Origin: a virus
Direction: 5' to 3' (one strand)
Virus record (IMG/VR): IMGVR_UViG_3300037104_000911
Location: 2,818 to 66,817 of that record
DNA length: 64,000 nucleotides
Position numbers and translations under genes: made by a program. Shown here piece after piece: positions 37,512 through 47,572 of the stretch. The notes under the pieces are model-generated. The model searched no databases. It saw nothing but the letters and a program-made list of their open reading frames with translations, and was not told the DNA's origin. How positions within the stretch are numbered: position 1 is the stretch's first letter; every line of letters starts with the position of its first letter.

Positions 37512-40500
37512 TTAATATGTTCCCATTCCTCCGCCACCTGCAGGAGGTATTTCTCCCATTCCACCCATTCCACCCATTTCTCCACCCTCAACCTCTTTAT
37601 CAACTCCTAACGATTTTTCTATTTTTTCATCTATTTCAAATTTCTTAACTTCATCCCAATCAATACTTGTTAGATATTTCTTTTTAGACCAATCTTTAGG
37701 AACACCAATTCCTTCAAGAGTTTGAACCAGATTTGCTAAATCAGATAAATATTTAGCTTCTCTTTCAAATTGTAATGATTTTGGAGGAGGTAATGCTATA
37801 CTAACATTATCAAGAATAGTTAAAGCTTTTTCAGGATCAACTATCTCATATATTTTTTTAATCAAATCATTTATTTGATGTGTAAAATATTTTTGATTAT
37901 TTACAATAGTTCTAGCATACTGTACATTTTCTTCTGCTAAGGTGCTATTATGAACTATTATTCCAGAACTTAATGAAAAATTATTATATTTTTCAACTGT
38001 AATATCTCCAGTATCTACTGTATAATCTAAAAATTCAACTGAAACTACTTTATGATTTAAATGACTACCCACACAATTCTCTGCATTTATACGAACCCTC
38101 TCATCAGTCTCTTTTGTTAATCCTTTATTCCAAGATCCATGAATCTTATTATATTCACTCAATATTGGACCTGAAATTATTCCACCTTTATGACCACTTT
38201 CTGATAAAACCTTTTTTCTTTCTGGTGTATTATTAAGATCTATGAAACTTTTCTTATAACATTCTTTTTTTCCACATGTGATTATTCCAGATTTTGATCC
38301 CTTTATATAACTATCGGTTCTTATAAAATGTATTTTACAATATGGACATATAAGTTCTAAACTTGGTGGATAATTATGTTTTCTTTTTTCCCACGATTTT
38401 AAACCATCTAATCTTTTTCTTTCTTTTAAACATTCTTTTTTCAAACAAGTTATTTGATTTGTTGCAATATGTCTAATAAAATTATCTTCACATATTATAC
38501 ATTTTTCTTCTATATAATTTTCTAGTTTAACTTTCCCTCTCCCTGTTGATAGAAAATGTTTATTTTCAAGATGAACTCTAACATGTTCTGAATCCGTTAA
38601 ACCTTTTAAATTATCAGGATTATTATTCATTGGATTAAAATCTTCATGATGAACATTTAACTTATCACCATCTGTTACAATTCCCATTTCTTTAGCAATA
38701 ACCCTATGAGCTAATTCCCAGGTATCTGTTCCAGGATGATAAACCATTACATATGGAGTTTTATGAAGAGTTGTCATAGCATTTGTTATTTTTGTATATA
38801 ATGGCATAAGAGAATCATTTTCTTTTAAATCTTTTGCTTCAATAAAAGAACCATCCCTTAACATAAAATTATGATCTGGAGTTACTATTTCAAATTCTCC
38901 ATTATCTAAAGTAACTTTAACAACTCTAGCATTTTTTCTTGTAACTCCTGCCCAAACAATTTTTCCAGGAACTATCTTTCCAGTTTCTATATCATAGGAA
39001 AAAGTATATTTATTTTTTATTTCTCCATTTTCATTGAATTCATTAATCAATTCTTTTAATAAAATTCTTTTACTAGATAATAATTTAATTGATGAATCTA
39101 AGTGTATGCACTTTGCATTCATGTTTTCTTCAATACCTAGGAAACTAGCAGGAACTCCAAGATTTGAAACTAAGGTATCTCTGAGCATTTTTATCTCATC
39201 AACTTTACCTCTTGTTTCAACCATTCCTTCTCCAAATGAAGTAACATCAACATAATTTTTTCCATCTTTAGAAGGTAGATATATATCTTCAAATGTATTT
39301 ATCATACTTGGAATTGTATCTACTGTTCCCAATGTATCAATACTAACTTTTCTTTTTCTAAATTCTTCTTTAATTTTTTCTATAGCTTTTCTAGCATCTC
39401 TTGGTAATCCAACTTCTACTGAAATTTTTCTTTTTTCTGTTGACCTATTTATTCTATAAATAACAAGAGCTGTTTCAAGTGCTATAATTAATTTAGCTGT
39501 AAATACACTAGGATCAAAAATAGATTCCCCATATGGATAAAACTTAGTTGATGGAACCATAAAATGCTGTATTTTAGAAGGGGGAACATATCGTATATTC
39601 ATTGTTTTAGATGGATCAGATTCTCTCATCATTGTATTAATAATATCTTTAAGATCATTTGTATTAACTGTATCTTTATTAAGATTTGGAATTTTTTTAC
39701 TTAAACTCGATAAAATATTCTGACATATTGAATTAACCATCTGATTTTGAATCATTAATGATGGATTAAGAACTGCTTGAGGAAATATTAAATATCCAAA
39801 ACATACTGGAAACATATCACTTTGAAGTTTTACAACTCTTTTTGGTTCATAATATAAAAGATGAACATCTGCTAAATCTATTTTCTTTTCTTTAGATTTC
39901 TTTTTATCATCTTCAAATGAAGAATAATCTAATATTACTTTCATTTTTTGTTTATCTTCACCTTCAGATATAAAAGACTCTAGATTTTTATTGCTATCTG
40001 AATAATAACTTTCTGTTAATATTGCTGATCTACTAGTTAATGCTGTTTTTGCATCTGCAATTTCAGTAAAGAAATCTCCAAATTGTAATGTATTTTTTAC
40101 AATAATATCTAATGCATTTTCTAGTTTTAATTTTTCTATTAATTCTTTACAATTTCTTACATCTGAACTTACATTTTTTTCACCTTCTAAAAATGTAGTT
40201 GGGTTTACTTCCAATGCTGTTTTAGTTATATCATCTGGAGCTAGAATACTATCTGTTAATACTGTTAATGCTCTGTGACAATAATTTATATTATATACGA
40301 TTCCTTCATATGTTTTATATCTCATTAATCTTGTTCCTTGACCTAATGCAGCAGGAGTCAAGGTAGTCGCTTGAGCAAATGATGAAGGAACATCAAGTCC
40401 TGTTTTTGATATTAAATTTTTAACTAATTCGATGTACCCATTTCTTCCTATTTGACTTCTATAAGCAGTAATATCTTTTACTGCTGTATCTAATTTCAAA

Positions 40501-40568
40501 TCAATATCTGAAGTATTCGTTCCAACAATTGTAGTTTTTAATTTATTAAAAACATCTCTTAGTGGCAT
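37512..40568 (-). CDS. Portal protein (T4 gp20-like) containing an intein
   Basis: FYPYGESI, LETALVIYRINRSTEKR, FEDIYLP, LGVPASFLG; about 630 aa after splicing. Confidence 0.9.
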   Translation of the reverse strand: MPLRDVFNKLKTTIVGTNTSDIDLKLDTAVKDITAYRSQIGRNGYIELVKNLISKTGLDVPSSFAQATTLTPAALGQGTRLMRYKTYEGIVYNINYCHRALTVLTDSILAPDDITKTALEVNPTTFLEGEKNVSSDVRNCKELIEKLKLENALDIIVKNTLQFGDFFTEIADAKTALTSRSAILTESYYSDSNKNLESFISEGEDKQKMKVILDYSSFEDDKKKSKEKKIDLADVHLLYYEPKRVVKLQSDMFPVCFGYLIFPQAVLNPSLMIQNQMVNSICQNILSSLSKKIPNLNKDTVNTNDLKDIINTMMRESDPSKTMNIRYVPPSKIQHFMVPSTKFYPYGESIFDPSVFTAKLIIALETALVIYRINRSTEKRKISVEVGLPRDARKAIEKIKEEFRKRKVSIDTLGTVDTIPSMINTFEDIYLPSKDGKNYVDVTSFGEGMVETRGKVDEIKMLRDTLVSNLGVPASFLGIEENMNAKCIHLDSSIKLLSSKRILLKELINEFNENGEIKNKYTFSYDIETGKIVPGKIVWAGVTRKNARVVKVTLDNGEFEIVTPDHNFMLRDGSFIEAKDLKENDSLMPLYTKITNAMTTLHKTPYVMVYHPGTDTWELAHRVIAKEMGIVTDGDKLNVHHEDFNPMNNNPDNLKGLTDSEHVRVHLENKHFLSTGRGKVKLENYIEEKCIICEDNFIRHIATNQITCLKKECLKERKRLDGLKSWEKRKHNYPPSLELICPYCKIHFIRTDSYIKGSKSGIITCGKKECYKKSFIDLNNTPERKKVLSESGHKGGIISGPILSEYNKIHGSWNKGLTKETDERVRINAENCVGSHLNHKVVSVEFLDYTVDTGDITVEKYNNFSLSSGIIVHNSTLAEENVQYARTIVNNQKYFTHQINDLIKKIYEIVDPEKALTILDNVSIALPPPKSLQFEREAKYLSDLANLVQTLEGIGVPKDWSKKKYLTSIDWDEVKKFEIDEKIEKSLGVDKEVEGGEMGGMGGMGEIPPAGGGGMGTY
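37947..39110 (-). mobile_element. Intein (388 aa) with HNH endonuclease
   Basis: Starts CIHLDS; block B VTPDHNF; ends TGDITVEKYNNF..IVHN followed by Ser; internal HR..VHHEDFNPMNNNPDNL..H. Confidence 0.92.
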
Positions 40569-40609
40569 TTATTCTTTCTCCATTTCTTACTCACTAATTA
40601 TACAAAATA

Positions 40610-40642
40610 AGCGCACTAAATACTTTGGATATTTAGTGCGCT
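40610..40642 (-). terminator. Hairpin/terminator
   Basis: AGCGCACTAAATA/TATTTAGTGCGCT. Confidence 0.65.
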
Positions 40643-40657
40643 ATAAAAACTTTTTTA

Positions 40658-41275
40658 TTACTTTAATTCTTTTTTAGCTAATTCTTTATATTTTTTTATA
40701 CAATTTTCTTTATCTAATCCTTGTTTTCCAGCACATTCTCTAGCAGCTTTACTCATATAATTACGATAGAATTTATATCCTGCATAACCCGTAACTCCTG
40801 CTAAAGTTGCACCTATAGCATATTTTCCTTTAGGATATTTAGTATTTAAAGCTTTTAATCTTATTATTTTTTTATTTCCATTAACTTTATCTTTAAGGTT
40901 CTTTATGATTTTTTTGTATTGATTAATAAGATCATTTTTTTTCATACTAAATTCTTGTTTTAAATTATCAATTTGTATTAATTTATTTTTAACTATGCTA
41001 CCACTACTACCACTTTGTTGTCTAACTTTCAGTACATCTTCTCTTGCTTTTTTTATCAATTTATTATATTTTATAGTTAAGTTAGTTAAAGCTTTTTTAA
41101 TTTTTTTTTCCATTTGCTTTTCAACATCTTGATGCATTTGTTCAACAAGAAGTATAAGTTCTTTAGCTTCTTTTATAGTAATAGATTCAGATAAAATTAA
41201 ATATTCTTCGAGATACTCTAATTCTGAGTTTTTATCATACCGTATTTCTTTTAACAAAAATTCATAGAGTATCAT
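40658..41275 (-). CDS. Putative internal head protein
   Basis: Paralogue of 41298-41840; Gly/Ala helix then SKAARECAG..C. Confidence 0.6.
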   Translation of the reverse strand: MILYEFLLKEIRYDKNSELEYLEEYLILSESITIKEAKELILLVEQMHQDVEKQMEKKIKKALTNLTIKYNKLIKKAREDVLKVRQQSGSSGSIVKNKLIQIDNLKQEFSMKKNDLINQYKKIIKNLKDKVNGNKKIIRLKALNTKYPKGKYAIGATLAGVTGYAGYKFYRNYMSKAARECAGKQGLDKENCIKKYKELAKKELK

Positions 41276-41297
41276 AAATTAATTTCCTTGAATCCAA

Positions 41298-41840
41298 TTA
41301 AGCTTTAGCTTTAGCCATCTTCTTATTTTTAAATACTTTGTATGCACCATAACCTGCAGCAGCTGCAGCTGTTCCTGCTAAAGCATATTTTCCACCTTTA
41401 GCAGTCTTAGGATATTTAACTTTTAAAGCTTTTAATCTAATCAATGATTTATTTTTTGCAGCTTTATCACCCACCGACTTTACTAAATTTTCAAATCTTT
41501 TAACAAGTTCAGCTTTTTTCACACTAAAAGCTTGTTTTAAATTATCAAGTTTTACATTTAGATTAGCAATAGTTTTAGTACTTTTTCCTTCTGCTTTAGC
41601 TAAAGCAACTGCTTTTCTAGCTTCTTTAATTTTTGCACTATAACTTGCTGATAATTTAGATAATAGTTTATGAAATCTACCTTCCATTTGTTTTTCAACA
41701 TTTTGATGCATCTGTTCTACAAGAGCTATAAGTTTTTTAGCTTCTTTTAAAGTAATAGATTCAGTTAAAATCAAATATTCCTCAAGATAATCTAGTTCGG
41801 GACCTTCAACTTCTTTTAATAAAATTTCATATAGTAACAT
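41298..41840 (-). CDS. Putative internal head protein (basic)
   Basis: Shares LEEYLIL.ESIT.KEAK..VEQMHQ.VEKQME with its neighbour. Confidence 0.6.
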   Translation of the reverse strand: MLLYEILLKEVEGPELDYLEEYLILTESITLKEAKKLIALVEQMHQNVEKQMEGRFHKLLSKLSASYSAKIKEARKAVALAKAEGKSTKTIANLNVKLDNLKQAFSVKKAELVKRFENLVKSVGDKAAKNKSLIRLKALKVKYPKTAKGGKYALAGTAAAAAGYGAYKVFKNKKMAKAKA

Positions 41841-41898
41841 AATTTAATTCCTCCATTTTATATTTTTATTTTGTTCTATATATTTTTAAGCATTGGTT

Positions 41899-42846
41899 TT
41901 ATATATTTTTAGCTGCCATTTTTTTAGCAATTTTTATTTCTTTTTCTCTTTTTTCAATTTCAACATCTTTTTTATAAACAGTAATATTATCTTTTTGGAT
42001 TTGAATTTGAGTATTGGTTTTTTCTATTCTGTTACTAACTTTATCTTTACAATCTTCTGGATTTTTTTGTGTTGCACATTTAGCTTCCATTTGATTTAAA
42101 ACTTCTAGTTGTTTGTTTAATGATATTAATTTATATTGAGACATACAAAGCTCTCTTGTAGGTCCAGTTTTATATACTCCACATTTTCTGGAAGCTTGAC
42201 TAAATATAGCTAATGCTGTTCTCCAAGTATTTTTAAGTGCAAAATCCATAGCATACCCAGCTGCAATTCCAGTGGCCATTCCAACTGCAGCCGCTGCCAT
42301 TTTTTGCTCAGATATATTAATAGATTCTTCTGCTATTTCTTTTAATTTGTTTTGATTACTTTCAATCCTATTTTTTACTTTATCAATTTCTAGTTGTCCT
42401 TTTTCTCTACAGGAATTTTGATCTGAAGTCTTATTACAATTAACTAACATTTTATTTAATATAACTAATTTTTGTTGTAGTATATTAATTCTTTCTCTAG
42501 CCATACACATCTGTTTACCTGGACCTTTTGAAAAACCACATTTTCTATATGCTTTACTAAAAGCAAAATTTAACCCTTTCCATGCAGCTCCTAAACCAAG
42601 AGTAACAAGTAAAGTCCATCCAAATGTTTGTCCTGCTCCAACTTTTGCATTATGAACTACAAATTTACCAAATTTATCAGTGGTATGACGTAAAACTTTT
42701 CCTTCAGCATCTTTCATTGCTGCACCACGATAAAGATTTTTCAATCCTTTTTTAGCTACATCTCTTACAGGTCCTAACTCATAACTTGCTTCGGATAATG
42801 AATCTGTTTCGCTTAAATAACTAAGGTAATTTTCTAAAAGATTCAT
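41899..42846 (-). CDS. Putative internal head protein with tandem Cys-motif repeat
   Basis: Two copies of Gly-rich helix plus FSxAxRKCG..CM..C....C. Confidence 0.55.
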   Translation of the reverse strand: MNLLENYLSYLSETDSLSEASYELGPVRDVAKKGLKNLYRGAAMKDAEGKVLRHTTDKFGKFVVHNAKVGAGQTFGWTLLVTLGLGAAWKGLNFAFSKAYRKCGFSKGPGKQMCMARERINILQQKLVILNKMLVNCNKTSDQNSCREKGQLEIDKVKNRIESNQNKLKEIAEESINISEQKMAAAAVGMATGIAAGYAMDFALKNTWRTALAIFSQASRKCGVYKTGPTRELCMSQYKLISLNKQLEVLNQMEAKCATQKNPEDCKDKVSNRIEKTNTQIQIQKDNITVYKKDVEIEKREKEIKIAKKMAAKNI

Positions 42847-42859
42847 TTATTTTTGTTTC

Positions 42860-43306
42860 CTATTTTTGATTAATATTCTTCCAAAAATCTTCTTTTGTAT
42901 CTCCACTCATTAATTCATCGGTTGTTGTTTTATATATTTCATCGTTTTCAAATTTAGTATTAAAATATTCCATTACATTAAAAAGAAATGTTTCTTCTGA
43001 TCCATACATATTAATAAAAGATTTTTTCAAACCTGGACCAATCATTTTTAAAACTAAATATCCAAAATCTTTAGACACAGTTTTAAATTGACTTTCATTT
43101 ATTTTCATTGCTTCTAATGAATAAACCATTATTTTTTCTTTATATATTATTTCAAATGCTTTATCCATATGTATTGTTAAAACAATAAAGTAATGTTCAT
43201 AAAACTTAATAAAATCTAAATTTTCATTATTCTTTATTTTTCTATAAAATACATATAATAAACAAAATAAAAAAATAAAAGATAAAATACCATATATATG
43301 TATCAT
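42860..43306 (-). CDS. Membrane-anchored hypothetical protein
   Basis: N-terminal TM helix. Confidence 0.6.
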   Translation of the reverse strand: MIHIYGILSFIFLFCLLYVFYRKIKNNENLDFIKFYEHYFIVLTIHMDKAFEIIYKEKIMVYSLEAMKINESQFKTVSKDFGYLVLKMIGPGLKKSFINMYGSEETFLFNVMEYFNTKFENDEIYKTTTDELMSGDTKEDFWKNINQK

Positions 43307-43545
43307 TATTCACCATCCGTGATTATATCTATGGGAAACTCTTCATCTTTAACTTCTGAAATACTAATGCTTGAAATTTTTGAAGGTTTTAATATTACTG
43401 TACCAGATGATACCTCTAATGTTATAACTTCTTTATATTTCATTATTTCTGAAAATTCTAATATATAATTTGAAAAATCAGAAAAATCTTTATCAAATAA
43501 AATAATTGGTTCTGTATTCTCTTGATATATTACTATTCTCCTCAT
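43306..43545 (-). CDS. Hypothetical protein
   Basis: ORF with GAGGT SD. Confidence 0.55.
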   Translation of the reverse strand: MRRIVIYQENTEPIILFDKDFSDFSNYILEFSEIMKYKEVITLEVSSGTVILKPSKISSISISEVKDEEFPIDIITDGE

Positions 43546-43561
43546 TTCTTAAATCAACCTT

Positions 43562-43900
43562 TCAGCTAGATATAAATTTATCTAACAATGATTTTGACTT
43601 TTCTTCAAGTTCTTCAATTTTAATATCTGTTGTTTTTATTAATTCATCATTTTTTTCTATATTTTCTTTAGTATAATATGGTTTTATAATAGGTTCTGCT
43701 AATTGTGTAATTTCTTCTATTGAATATTTATCTATTCCATCTGTTTTTATTTTCATTTTTATACTTTGAAGTTCTCTTTCAGAAACTTCAGCTTCAAATG
43801 GTGATCTAACAACTTTTCCCTTAACTAAAAAAATCTTATTTGGAGTATATATTCCAACTTTATATTTTTTATTTGCCACTTTATCATCTCCTTTCATCAT
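43562..43900 (-). CDS. Hypothetical protein
   Basis: ORF; true start may be the GTG after AGGAG. Confidence 0.55.
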   Translation of the reverse strand: MMKGDDKVANKKYKVGIYTPNKIFLVKGKVVRSPFEAEVSERELQSIKMKIKTDGIDKYSIEEITQLAEPIIKPYYTKENIEKNDELIKTTDIKIEELEEKSKSLLDKFISS

Positions 43901-43903
43901 AAT

Positions 43904-43936
43904 AAAAAGAGGGAGTTATTACAACTCCCTCTTTTT
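43904..43936 (-). terminator. Intrinsic terminator
   Basis: AAAAAGAGGGAGTT/AACTCCCTCTTTTT. Confidence 0.8.
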
Positions 43937-43956
43937 ATTATCTTTATCTATAAAAA

Positions 43957-45057
43957 TTATAATTTTGCTTTTTTCTGAGCCAAATGTCCAACTGCTCCAC
44001 CAACTACAGCTCCAAGAGGACCACCAACCATTCCACCTGCAGCTGCTCCACCTGCAGCTCCAGCCATTCCTTCTTTTACATCTTCTTCATCTTTATTTAT
44101 TTTTTTTTTTTCGTCTTCTTCATCTTCATCTTCTTTTTCTTTTGGTTCTTTTTCTTCAAGATCATCTTCTTCAACCATAAAGAACTCTTCTAGTTCATCT
44201 GCTTCACCCAGTTTATCTTTTTCATCTTCATCTTTCTCTTCTGCACCTTCAATCTGTTCTTTAAATAGTTTAAAAGCTTCTTCAATTTGATCAGATGCTG
44301 AATTATTTTTAATTCCTAAACCACTAGAATCTTCTTTCTGAACTTTTTTATCTACATCTAACTCTCCTTTTTCCTCTTCTGCTTCACCCTCTTCCTCTTC
44401 TGCTTCACCCTTATCTTTTTCTGCTTCACCCTCTTTCTCTTTTATTTCACCCTCTTTTTCCTCTTTTTCATCTTCTGCTTCTAACATAAGCATTTCAAGT
44501 TCTAAATCTTCTACGATCTTATCAACTTCCTCTTCGGAAGCTAAACCTGTTCCTGCTTCTTTTGTCTCTTCATCTTTTGGGGTTTCAATTTCTTCCATTT
44601 CAGAAATTAGTTTTTCAATTACAGCTTGTTCCATATTTTCAGCTATTCCTTCAAATTCCCCACCTTCTTCCTTTTCAAATTCTTTGGGAACTTTAACTGC
44701 ATCTTTAACTTCCCCACCTTCTTCATCATCTTCTAGCATAAACTCTTCAACGAGTTCATCTTCAAGATCACCCATAGTTTTCTTGACGTCCTCAGCTTCC
44801 TCACCAGTTTCAATTTCATTTTCCTCTGGTTCTTTCTCTTGAACATCCTGTTCTACAAATAATCTAGAATCAGAAGATTTCTCTTTGAAATAATATCTTT
44901 CAAGTACTGAAGAGGCATCTTTATGAGTCTGAAGTTCTCCACCCCCATCATAAGAAATAATTGGGTCAAGCATTGGACCTTTTACATTAAATGCTTTAGT
45001 ATCGTATTCAGAAATTGCTTCTTTTAAAAGCTCAACATAAGATATTTTCTTTTTCAT
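43957..45057 (-). CDS. Highly acidic prohead core/scaffold-like protein with C-terminal glycine zipper
   Basis: E/D-rich with many LxE/VxE sites; ends GMAGAAGGAAAGGMVGGPLGAVVGGAVG. Confidence 0.55.
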   Translation of the reverse strand: MKKKISYVELLKEAISEYDTKAFNVKGPMLDPIISYDGGGELQTHKDASSVLERYYFKEKSSDSRLFVEQDVQEKEPEENEIETGEEAEDVKKTMGDLEDELVEEFMLEDDEEGGEVKDAVKVPKEFEKEEGGEFEGIAENMEQAVIEKLISEMEEIETPKDEETKEAGTGLASEEEVDKIVEDLELEMLMLEAEDEKEEKEGEIKEKEGEAEKDKGEAEEEEGEAEEEKGELDVDKKVQKEDSSGLGIKNNSASDQIEEAFKLFKEQIEGAEEKDEDEKDKLGEADELEEFFMVEEDDLEEKEPKEKEDEDEEDEKKKINKDEEDVKEGMAGAAGGAAAGGMVGGPLGAVVGGAVGHLAQKKAKL

Positions 45058-45145
45058 AATAAATCAATCCTCCTAATATTAATATTGCTTCATTTTCTAT
45101 TTGTTCTTTATTTTTAAGGTGTTAGTCACTAGTTAGTTTCTCGGA

Positions 45146-46705
45146 CTAAAACATAGTTATTTTTTCTTCTGGTTTTATCTTATCTAATGCTTGCATGTCA
45201 TTTACATTTAACCCACTAAAAATTGTGGTATCGCTATCATTTACAATCTCTTCATCGGTTTTAGATTTATTTACTACCATATATCCATTAAGAAATTTAA
45301 ACATTGAAAAATCAACTTTAAAATCTAATGATAAATTAGCTATACCATTTCTATTTTTTCCAATATTCATATGAACTATATCTTGATGTTTATCTTTAGA
45401 CATAATTATGATACAATCTGCATGCTCAACTTTTTTTATACCCTCTGACATCATAGCCATATTTAAATCTTTTGATTCTAAATTTCCTCTATAAACATCT
45501 CTTGTTAGTTGAGAAGCTGTTATTACAGGAATACTATATTGAACCGCTATATCTTTAAGATTAGAGGTTATATGAGATAATTCTAACCTATATTGATCAT
45601 ATGCTATTGTATCTAATTTTAATAAATCTAAATAATCAACATATAAACTTTTAATAGAATTTGGACCATATATAGATTTGACATCATCCATAATCATCAT
45701 TATATCAGTTGGACTTATTGAAAATTTTGGATAATATTTAAATAAAACTGTTGTATTGTCTTTAACTATTTTATTTATAACTTGATTTTTCACATATCCT
45801 GGTGGGTCAGAAACATTTTCAGAATTAATCTCTCTCAAAAATTGAATATCTGTTTTTTCATACATACATTGATACATTCTCATTAAAGATTCATCTACTA
45901 AATTTTCAAGAGTTATAACCAAATGAACTTTTGGTTTTCCATCATCTTCTTGAATCTCATAAGATGTTTTTTTAGTTAATAAATCATTAACTATAAAATT
46001 CAACATCAAAGTAGATTTTCCGCCACCAGAACCTCCAGCAAAGATATATAGTCTTGATTTTTCAAATCCACCTTTAAAAACTTTATAATCTAGAACATCA
46101 TACCCGGTTGCTATGGTATTTCCTTTATCATACTTCTTTTTTATTAATTCAACAACTTTATTATAATCATCATTCATAATATCTAAACTTGATGAAGCTT
46201 CTACTTCTACTGCTCTACTACTTTCCATTAAATCAGAGTACATTGATTTTACAAATTTTTCATAATCCGAAACAATGTTATCAGCAGTATCAAACGATCC
46301 AGCTTTTACAGTTTCTAAAAATTTATTTAACTCTGCATAATTTGATAATAATGATATTAATTTTTTTCTGGTTCTTACTTGAGATATTCCATCATAAATT
46401 ATAGCGTCTTCATAATTTTCATTTATTATAGATGTTAAAAAATCTTCCATGTTTCTGTGTTTTGCACCTGTTAAAATACTATCAACTATTGTTTCCGATA
46501 ATTTATCTTCAAGTTTTAATTTACATATAGATTGTAAGCACTCCAATTTATTTTTTATAGATATAGGAATATTGGTTTTTTCCTTTTTTTCATAAAAAGA
46601 AATTATATTATATATATCTCTAAATAATGCTTTATTTTTTTTAATTAATGTATTCTTATTTAAAGTAAGAATAAAACATGTATTCAAAAATAACTCAGTA
46701 ATCAT
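45146..46705 (-). CDS. Replicative DnaB/gp41-like helicase
   Basis: TGYDVLD, AGGSGGGKS, ITLEN, YVDYLDLL, ITASQLTR, KNRNG. Confidence 0.92.
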   Translation of the reverse strand: MITELFLNTCFILTLNKNTLIKKNKALFRDIYNIISFYEKKEKTNIPISIKNKLECLQSICKLKLEDKLSETIVDSILTGAKHRNMEDFLTSIINENYEDAIIYDGISQVRTRKKLISLLSNYAELNKFLETVKAGSFDTADNIVSDYEKFVKSMYSDLMESSRAVEVEASSSLDIMNDDYNKVVELIKKKYDKGNTIATGYDVLDYKVFKGGFEKSRLYIFAGGSGGGKSTLMLNFIVNDLLTKKTSYEIQEDDGKPKVHLVITLENLVDESLMRMYQCMYEKTDIQFLREINSENVSDPPGYVKNQVINKIVKDNTTVLFKYYPKFSISPTDIMMIMDDVKSIYGPNSIKSLYVDYLDLLKLDTIAYDQYRLELSHITSNLKDIAVQYSIPVITASQLTRDVYRGNLESKDLNMAMMSEGIKKVEHADCIIIMSKDKHQDIVHMNIGKNRNGIANLSLDFKVDFSMFKFLNGYMVVNKSKTDEEIVNDSDTTIFSGLNVNDMQALDKIKPEEKITMF

Positions 46706-46929
46706 ATTTGTTGACCTTTCCTTTTTAACCCAGTTAATAATTTTATTTTATCTGTATTTTTTAAACTAGCAGGTGGATTCCAAATATCAAATTCAACTGG
46801 TCTTTTCACCCCAAAAATATTTTCAATCCAATCTAAGTCTTCTTTTCCACAACAAAAATCGCAATAATTATCACCAAAAGACCATATATCATTTCCTGCT
46901 TTTTCACCATTACACTTTAAACATTTCAT
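46702..46929 (-). CDS. Zn-finger DWI(E/D)NI family protein
   Basis: CxxCxG..CxxCxG..LDWIENIFG; start moved to ATG 46929. Confidence 0.6.
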   Translation of the reverse strand: MKCLKCNGEKAGNDIWSFGDNYCDFCCGKEDLDWIENIFGVKRPVEFDIWNPPASLKNTDKIKLLTGLKRKGQQI

Positions 46930-47306
46930 AACTCCACCCAATTTCCATCACCTGTTGAAATATTTATGTTATTTTTTTGAGTATCATAAAAAAGACTTCC
47001 TGCTGGTTGATTACTATAACCAGAACATCCACTTATTCCACAATATCCTACATAACCTGAGATACCACTATAACCACCAGCACCTCCTTGTGTACTATAA
47101 TAACCAGAAAATCCACTATATCCAGAAAAACCTCCAGATGTGGGAACTATTAAATCAACCCAGTTTATTCTTCCTTTTCCATGACATATACTACAAGGTG
47201 TTTTAATAGGACCATCTGGATTATCATCATCTACTAATATTTTATAACCATCATTACAATGAGGACATTTTAATTTTCCATCTTCTTGTATTGCACCACA
47301 GGTCAT
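46926..47306 (-). CDS. Zn-finger family protein with a tail-fibre-like C-terminus
   Basis: CPHC..CSICHGKGRINWVDLI then SGYSG repeats and GSLFYDT..GNW. Confidence 0.65.
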   Translation of the reverse strand: MTCGAIQEDGKLKCPHCNDGYKILVDDDNPDGPIKTPCSICHGKGRINWVDLIVPTSGGFSGYSGFSGYYSTQGGAGGYSGISGYVGYCGISGCSGYSNQPAGSLFYDTQKNNINISTGDGNWVEL

Positions 47307-47572
47307 AATATTTCACCTTTATACATTCTTAACATTATATCTTTATCTATTTCTAAAGCTATTTCTTTTGCCATTTTTTCTGCAATTTCATTCATAGTTG
47401 ATATTCCAAATGAATTAGATAAATCTAAATCAAAAGAAAATGAATGAAATCCTGGTGTAACCCCAAATATATTTTCAATCCAATCCAAATCTTTTTTTCC
47501 ATGACAAAAATTACACCAAAGAACTGATTCTTCTGGATTTGTAAATTTTCCATTGCAATTTGGACATTTCAT
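47303..47572 (-). CDS. Zn-finger family protein with an MCP-like C-terminus
   Basis: CPNC..CNFCHG..DWIENI then EIALEIDKDI. Confidence 0.65.
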   Translation of the reverse strand: MKCPNCNGKFTNPEESVLWCNFCHGKKDLDWIENIFGVTPGFHSFSFDLDLSNSFGISTMNEIAEKMAKEIALEIDKDIMLRMYKGEIL

